DNA of 64,000 bases from the NCBI GenBank assembly GCA_965223665.1, contig OZ245011.1, positions 2,176,001 to 2,240,000 of the forward strand, given 5' to 3'. Shown in pieces: positions 60,522 to 64,000 of this stretch; position 1 is the stretch's first letter; each line of letters opens with the position of its first letter. Under the pieces are notes generated by a model. The model ran no database searches, was not told the origin of the DNA, and saw nothing but the letters and a program-made list of their open reading frames with translations. Source of the stretch: Nitrospinaceae bacterium (GTDB taxonomy: Bacteria > Nitrospinota > Nitrospinia > Nitrospinales > Nitrospinaceae). A program made the translations under genes and the position numbers.

Positions 60522-61490
60522 CTAAAATGCCTCATTAAATGCTTGCTTCAAAGTGTCTTCATACACCCCCGGATACACCTCCGTAATCCTCGATCCGGGA
60601 GAATGCCCCAAGGCTTTTGCGATCCAATCCAAGCTGTATCCCGCATCCAACAACCGACTGGCCACATACCGCCTGAGGTCCTTCGCGGAATACTCTTTGT
60701 ACCCAATTTTTTCAAATGCCCGTTTCACTTGCTTGGCAAATAACCTGGCATCAAACCCGGGCAATATTTTTTGATCGGCTTTTAAAGGAAACGGAACCTT
60801 CTTCAATTTTTCCTGCAACCCCTTACACACCGGAACCTGAATCATCGGTTGGGATTTGTACCGACTGGATTTACTCCGAACCTTTTTGATCAATCCATCC
60901 TTGAAATGACCTTTCTCCAACTGCTCAATGTCTTTCGGTTCCATCCCGGTATAGGCCATGATCCAAAACCCGATTAAACTTTGCTCTTTCATGTGAGTGG
61001 CCGCCAGGGCAATCAGTTCCGGGGTTAACGGAGCTTTCTGAATGCTGCTCTTCTTTTGCACATAAGAATACCTGGGCAATTCCCATTTGGGCATCCCCCT
61101 ACAAATAACCGTCTTTAAAACTCTCAGTTCTTTATCTAAAGTAGATTTAACGCCAAAGGGTTTTCCGTCCTTTTGCCCCCACCGATGCACGATATAACTT
61201 TCAATCAATTCCCGGGTAATATCTTTCACATAATATTCCCCAAAGAACGGTTTGACATTAGTCTCCCAAATACTAATCCCCCGCGGATCTTTCTCCGGGT
61301 ATTTCATGGTTTTAAACTTTTTCCGGCTGGTGATGGGATCTTCACCCCGTTCCAACCGTTCCCGCAAAGCCCCCAGGTTTTTTAACGCTTTCCAGGGTTC
61401 TTTTTCGTAGGCATCTAAAGACACCTCAATCTTTCGACCCTTGAAACGGAAATTAGAGACCCACTTGCCGTCCTTAAGACGCATCATCAT
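60522..61490 (-). CDS. Tyrosine recombinase/integrase (atypical active site), paralog of 57676..58713
   Basis: KDLRR, LGH, EVY motifs; box I reads YTGMEPKD; shares MRLK..W, ERLERGxDP and STLxKELRVLK with the other integrase. Confidence 0.88.
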   Translation of the reverse strand: MMMRLKDGKWVSNFRFKGRKIEVSLDAYEKEPWKALKNLGALRERLERGEDPITSRKKFKTMKYPEKDPRGISIWETNVKPFFGEYYVKDITRELIESYIVHRWGQKDGKPFGVKSTLDKELRVLKTVICRGMPKWELPRYSYVQKKSSIQKAPLTPELIALAATHMKEQSLIGFWIMAYTGMEPKDIEQLEKGHFKDGLIKKVRSKSSRYKSQPMIQVPVCKGLQEKLKKVPFPLKADQKILPGFDARLFAKQVKRAFEKIGYKEYSAKDLRRYVASRLLDAGYSLDWIAKALGHSPGSRITEVYPGVYEDTLKQAFNEAF

Positions 61491-61608
61491 AGGCTCACCC
61501 CCACTATTTAAAAAAGGATGGGATGATTTTAACACAGACTGTTTTGGGTCTCTTAATTCCATTGATTTGCTTGAAACTCCTGCTTAATCCGGAAACCAGA
61601 AAAAAGAT

Positions 61609-61866
61609 TTATCCAACCGGCGATTCTGCTGCAACGGGTGGAAGAGATTCGAGGTCCAAATAAAACTCTTCCCCTACTTTTGGCAATTCACCTTTGTAAT
61701 GATGCTTATCCATGGAAAAGTTTAACGTTCCCGACGGCGTGAACTTCCAAAACAAGGAATTCTCATGGTTCTTGTCATTGTTGTGAAACACAGCGGACAT
61801 TTTACAAATCCAACCGTGCCGATGTTCTTCCACAGAATCACAAACAAACTTGCAACGCGTTTTCAT
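61609..61866 (-). CDS. Small phage protein
   Basis: RCKFVC...ENSLFWKFTPSG...GEEFYLD, a pattern common in phage early regions; GGAGG RBS. Confidence 0.75.
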   Translation of the reverse strand: MKTRCKFVCDSVEEHRHGWICKMSAVFHNNDKNHENSLFWKFTPSGTLNFSMDKHHYKGELPKVGEEFYLDLESLPPVAAESPVG

Positions 61867-62120
61867 AATTCCTCCTTTTCATTTAATGGATTATCCATTG
61901 GGGTGATGTCGACATAATATTCGTCCCCCACCGTTGGGAGTTCGCCTTTGTAATGCGATGTTTCTGGACAAAACTCTAAGGTGCCTGGAAAATTGTAATT
62001 CACGAATTTATAATTTACATGTTTTATATAACGTTCCGGGTGGACCGGTTTGAACTCAACCTTCACATTATGTATGCGGCGACTAACTTCTACACACTTC
62101 ATTAAAATTCGAGCTTTCAT
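61863..62120 (-). CDS. Small phage protein, tandem paralog of 61609..61866
   Basis: Shared GTL.F....HYKGELP.VG.E.Y.D. Confidence 0.75.
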   Translation of the reverse strand: MKARILMKCVEVSRRIHNVKVEFKPVHPERYIKHVNYKFVNYNFPGTLEFCPETSHYKGELPTVGDEYYVDITPMDNPLNEKEEL

Positions 62121-62422
62121 TCGCTCTCCTGTTTTACGCGGACGGCATCGATCTCTTCATCCAACCCTTTTTGCTCTTTCAGTTCTCTGTTCTTCAAGTC
62201 CAATAACCACTGGGGACAATAAAACCCGTCGGACTTTTCAGAAATCCTTTGCTCGGGAAACCACATCCGCCATTGCCGGCGCTCTCCCTGAGAGTTTTTC
62301 AACTGAACCAACAGGTTGATGCCCTTCCCTTTGATCTCAATTTTTTCCGCATCGATTAATCTGAAATAAATGGTTCGCTTTTTCGTTTTTTTACTTTTGA
62401 TTTTTGTTTTTGTTGAAACCAT
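62117..62422 (-). CDS. Hypothetical phage protein
   Basis: Translationally coupled; WFP...CPQWL. Confidence 0.65.
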   Translation of the reverse strand: MVSTKTKIKSKKTKKRTIYFRLIDAEKIEIKGKGINLLVQLKNSQGERRQWRMWFPEQRISEKSDGFYCPQWLLDLKNRELKEQKGLDEEIDAVRVKQESE

Positions 62423-62445
62423 TTCAAATACTATTCGCTCCCAGA

Positions 62446-62676
62446 TTAAAGACGGCCCGGCGTTTCCGGGAGGGTGAGAAACGCCGGGCCCAAGAGCCCA
62501 TCCAAATAAACAGGGGCCTCAATATTTCTGAAATAAAAGTTTTCCATTTTGTATTCAGTACCAAAAGCATCCGCCGCCCAGGCAATGACAAGGACAATAG
62601 AAAGCCAAAACACAATCAATAAAATCAGGGGCCAAAACAAATCATGAAAAGGATCCTGAGGTTTTTGGTTACACAT
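62446..62676 (-). CDS. Small membrane protein
   Basis: Single TM; operon context. Confidence 0.5.
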   Translation of the reverse strand: MCNQKPQDPFHDLFWPLILLIVFWLSIVLVIAWAADAFGTEYKMENFYFRNIEAPVYLDGLLGPAFLTLPETPGRL

Positions 62677-62881
62677 TGATTTCCCCCGCGGCGGGGCTCC
62701 GTAAATAAGAAACCCGGATTACCGATGCCTTGAGGAGGTAAGCAATAATCCGGGCCGAGGAGAATTTGATTTCAAATGCAAAGGCTGAAATCAAAAAAAT
62801 ACCCAAGAAAGTGAGGGTTACGGGTCCCTTCTCGCTTGGGCAACGTAATTGATTGAAATTTTGAAATATGGTAGTGTGCAT
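62669..62881 (-). CDS. Small hypothetical protein
   Basis: First ORF after the leftward promoter; GGGG RBS. Confidence 0.45.
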   Translation of the reverse strand: MHTTIFQNFNQLRCPSEKGPVTLTFLGIFLISAFAFEIKFSSARIIAYLLKASVIRVSYLRSPAAGEINV

Positions 62882-62987
62882 AGTTCCCCGTAATTAGTGT
62901 TTGAACTAGCGTGATTCCCTATACGAAAAATTCGTTAGGGCTTACCACCCAAACCCGATCCATACTTGAAATTAGGTGGTATACGCG

Positions 62988-63016
62988 AATATATTCCTAT
63001 CACGAATAACTGTCAA
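62988..63016 (-). promoter_or_regulatory. Leftward sigma70 promoter divergent from the repressor; possible operators nearby
   Basis: Minus strand TTGACA(63016-63011)-17 bp-TATATT(62993-62988); palindrome ACGAA-AAA-TTCGT at 62923-62935. Confidence 0.6.
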
Positions 63017-63030
63017 GAAAATATTCGTAA

Positions 63031-63483
63031 ATGAATAAAAAAACTGAGAACTACAGTAACCCTAATATGGGAAAAATCATTTCTGAAATCCGCGGAAGCC
63101 TTAAACAAGAAGAGTTTTGCGAGATCATAGGAACTACCCAGGGTAATCTATCGAAAATTGAAAAAGGAATGGTCCCTAGCTTAGATATTCTTATACGAAT
63201 ATCTGAGTATGGTCAGGTAAGCATTAATGATCTCTATAAGGGAATTAACAAGAAATATCGGAGTAACCCTCTTGATTCGGCGCACCATGAAAAGATAGAA
63301 TCGGAAGACGTTGATAAATGGTATGTTGAAGGTCCACAGGGGGAAGAAATGCGGAATTTTATGGAGCGGTTGGTCGATAAACTGAGTGAAGCCAATGTCA
63401 AGATTAATGAATTAGAGAAGGAAAACGCCCACCTTAAGGAAGAATTGGCTAAAGCGAAAAAGCAAAATTTCGCCCAGGGTTGA
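63031..63483 (+). CDS. XRE-family HTH repressor with C-terminal coiled coil
   Basis: LKQEEFCEIIGTTQGNLSKIEKG.PS motif. Confidence 0.85.
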   Translation: MNKKTENYSNPNMGKIISEIRGSLKQEEFCEIIGTTQGNLSKIEKGMVPSLDILIRISEYGQVSINDLYKGINKKYRSNPLDSAHHEKIESEDVDKWYVEGPQGEEMRNFMERLVDKLSEANVKINELEKENAHLKEELAKAKKQNFAQG

Positions 63484-63590
63484 CGGCCATTACCCCCAGG
63501 AAAACCGTTGTAAAATCAACCACCCCCAAATCCGCACAAGTGATTGATATTCGGACGAGATAGATTAATTTCAAATCAGGTAAAACTTCA

Positions 63591-64000
63591 ATGAAAAAGA
63601 AATTTTCAGAACGCATAGGTTTAAGCCCACCTCCCAAAATTCAAATTGATGAAATGAACGAGGTTTTAAGGAATTCTATTTGGAATTTTCTTTATGAAAA
63701 TTTTAACGACTCTTCCTCTAGTATAAAAACCAATTGGATAAAACTCGCTAAACACATCGCCGTATTATTCAGGAAAACTCCTGTTGATAATATAAGTATA
63801 AATAATTTCGATTGTTTAAACTGGGTAAAGAGATATTTTTTTAGTCTTAATTGGTATCAAGTTTATGACCTTTTAGAATTTTTATATGGTGAATATAATA
63901 ATATCAGAGGATATTCCTCATGTAATAAAGAAAGGTTTGTAGAGATTACCAATAAAATTTTAAAAGAAGAACTTTCTGGCTATCGTTTTATTGATGGACA
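63591..64000 (+). CDS. AbiJ-NTD4-like protein (partial, runs off the right edge); putative anti-phage gene
   Basis: Manual translation: MKKKFSERIG...QIDEMNEVLRNSIWN...WYQVYDLLEF...NKILKEELSGYRFIDG; AT-rich. Confidence 0.7.
   Translation, partial: MKKKFSERIGLSPPPKIQIDEMNEVLRNSIWNFLYENFNDSSSSIKTNWIKLAKHIAVLFRKTPVDNISINNFDCLNWVKRYFFSLNWYQVYDLLEFLYGEYNNIRGYSSCNKERFVEITNKILKEELSGYRFIDG

Larger units (their letters stand above)
60437..64000. mobile_element. Left end of a prophage integrated at tRNA-Glu (continues beyond the window)
   Basis: att fragment, integrase, small early genes, divergent HTH repressor, defence-like gene. Confidence 0.8.

Noticed and set aside
60345-60743. 132-aa plus-strand ORF
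   Set aside because: It reads through the antisense tRNA fragment (WRPQRDSNPR is a typical tRNA-shadow peptide) and the integrase 3' end.

Overview
Bacterial chromosomal window (roughly mid-40s % GC by eye). The gene style suggests Nitrospinota, but that is an unverified impression. It contains two phage-derived regions with a host accessory region between them. (1) 1-17.4 kb, mostly minus strand: podovirus-like terS/terL followed directly by putative internal-virion (ejection) genes, one broken by two in-frame stops, plus a fibre-like structural operon. No portal or capsid gene is visible. Immediately upstream of terS is the standout locus: three SLT-family lytic transglycosylases with a near-identical ~115-aa N-terminus and divergent catalytic C-termini. 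Each overlaps tail-to-tail with a convergent, signal-peptide-bearing ~160-aa paralog. Two further paralogs are orphans and still carry vestigial enzyme tails on the opposite strand. This looks like a phage-linked polymorphic peptidoglycan-hydrolase/immunity system built from swappable cassettes. (2) 17.9-55 kb: a TPR cluster sharing a GDKxG amyloid-like motif, signalling genes (GGDEF, response regulator, histidine kinase, Aer2-like PAS chemoreceptor), DUF4399-sodC-DUF4399, an array of small orphan immunity-like genes, a thermonuclease, a frameshifted polysaccharide deacetylase, a GNAT, a TonB-dependent receptor, and many dispersed palindromic repeats. (3) 55.4-64 kb: two convergent related integrases that both lack the first catalytic Arg, a non-coding 150-bp tandem repeat, a tRNA-Glu 3' att fragment, and the left end of a prophage with a repressor and an AbiJ-NTD4-like gene. 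All family assignments come from motif recognition by eye; no database search was run.
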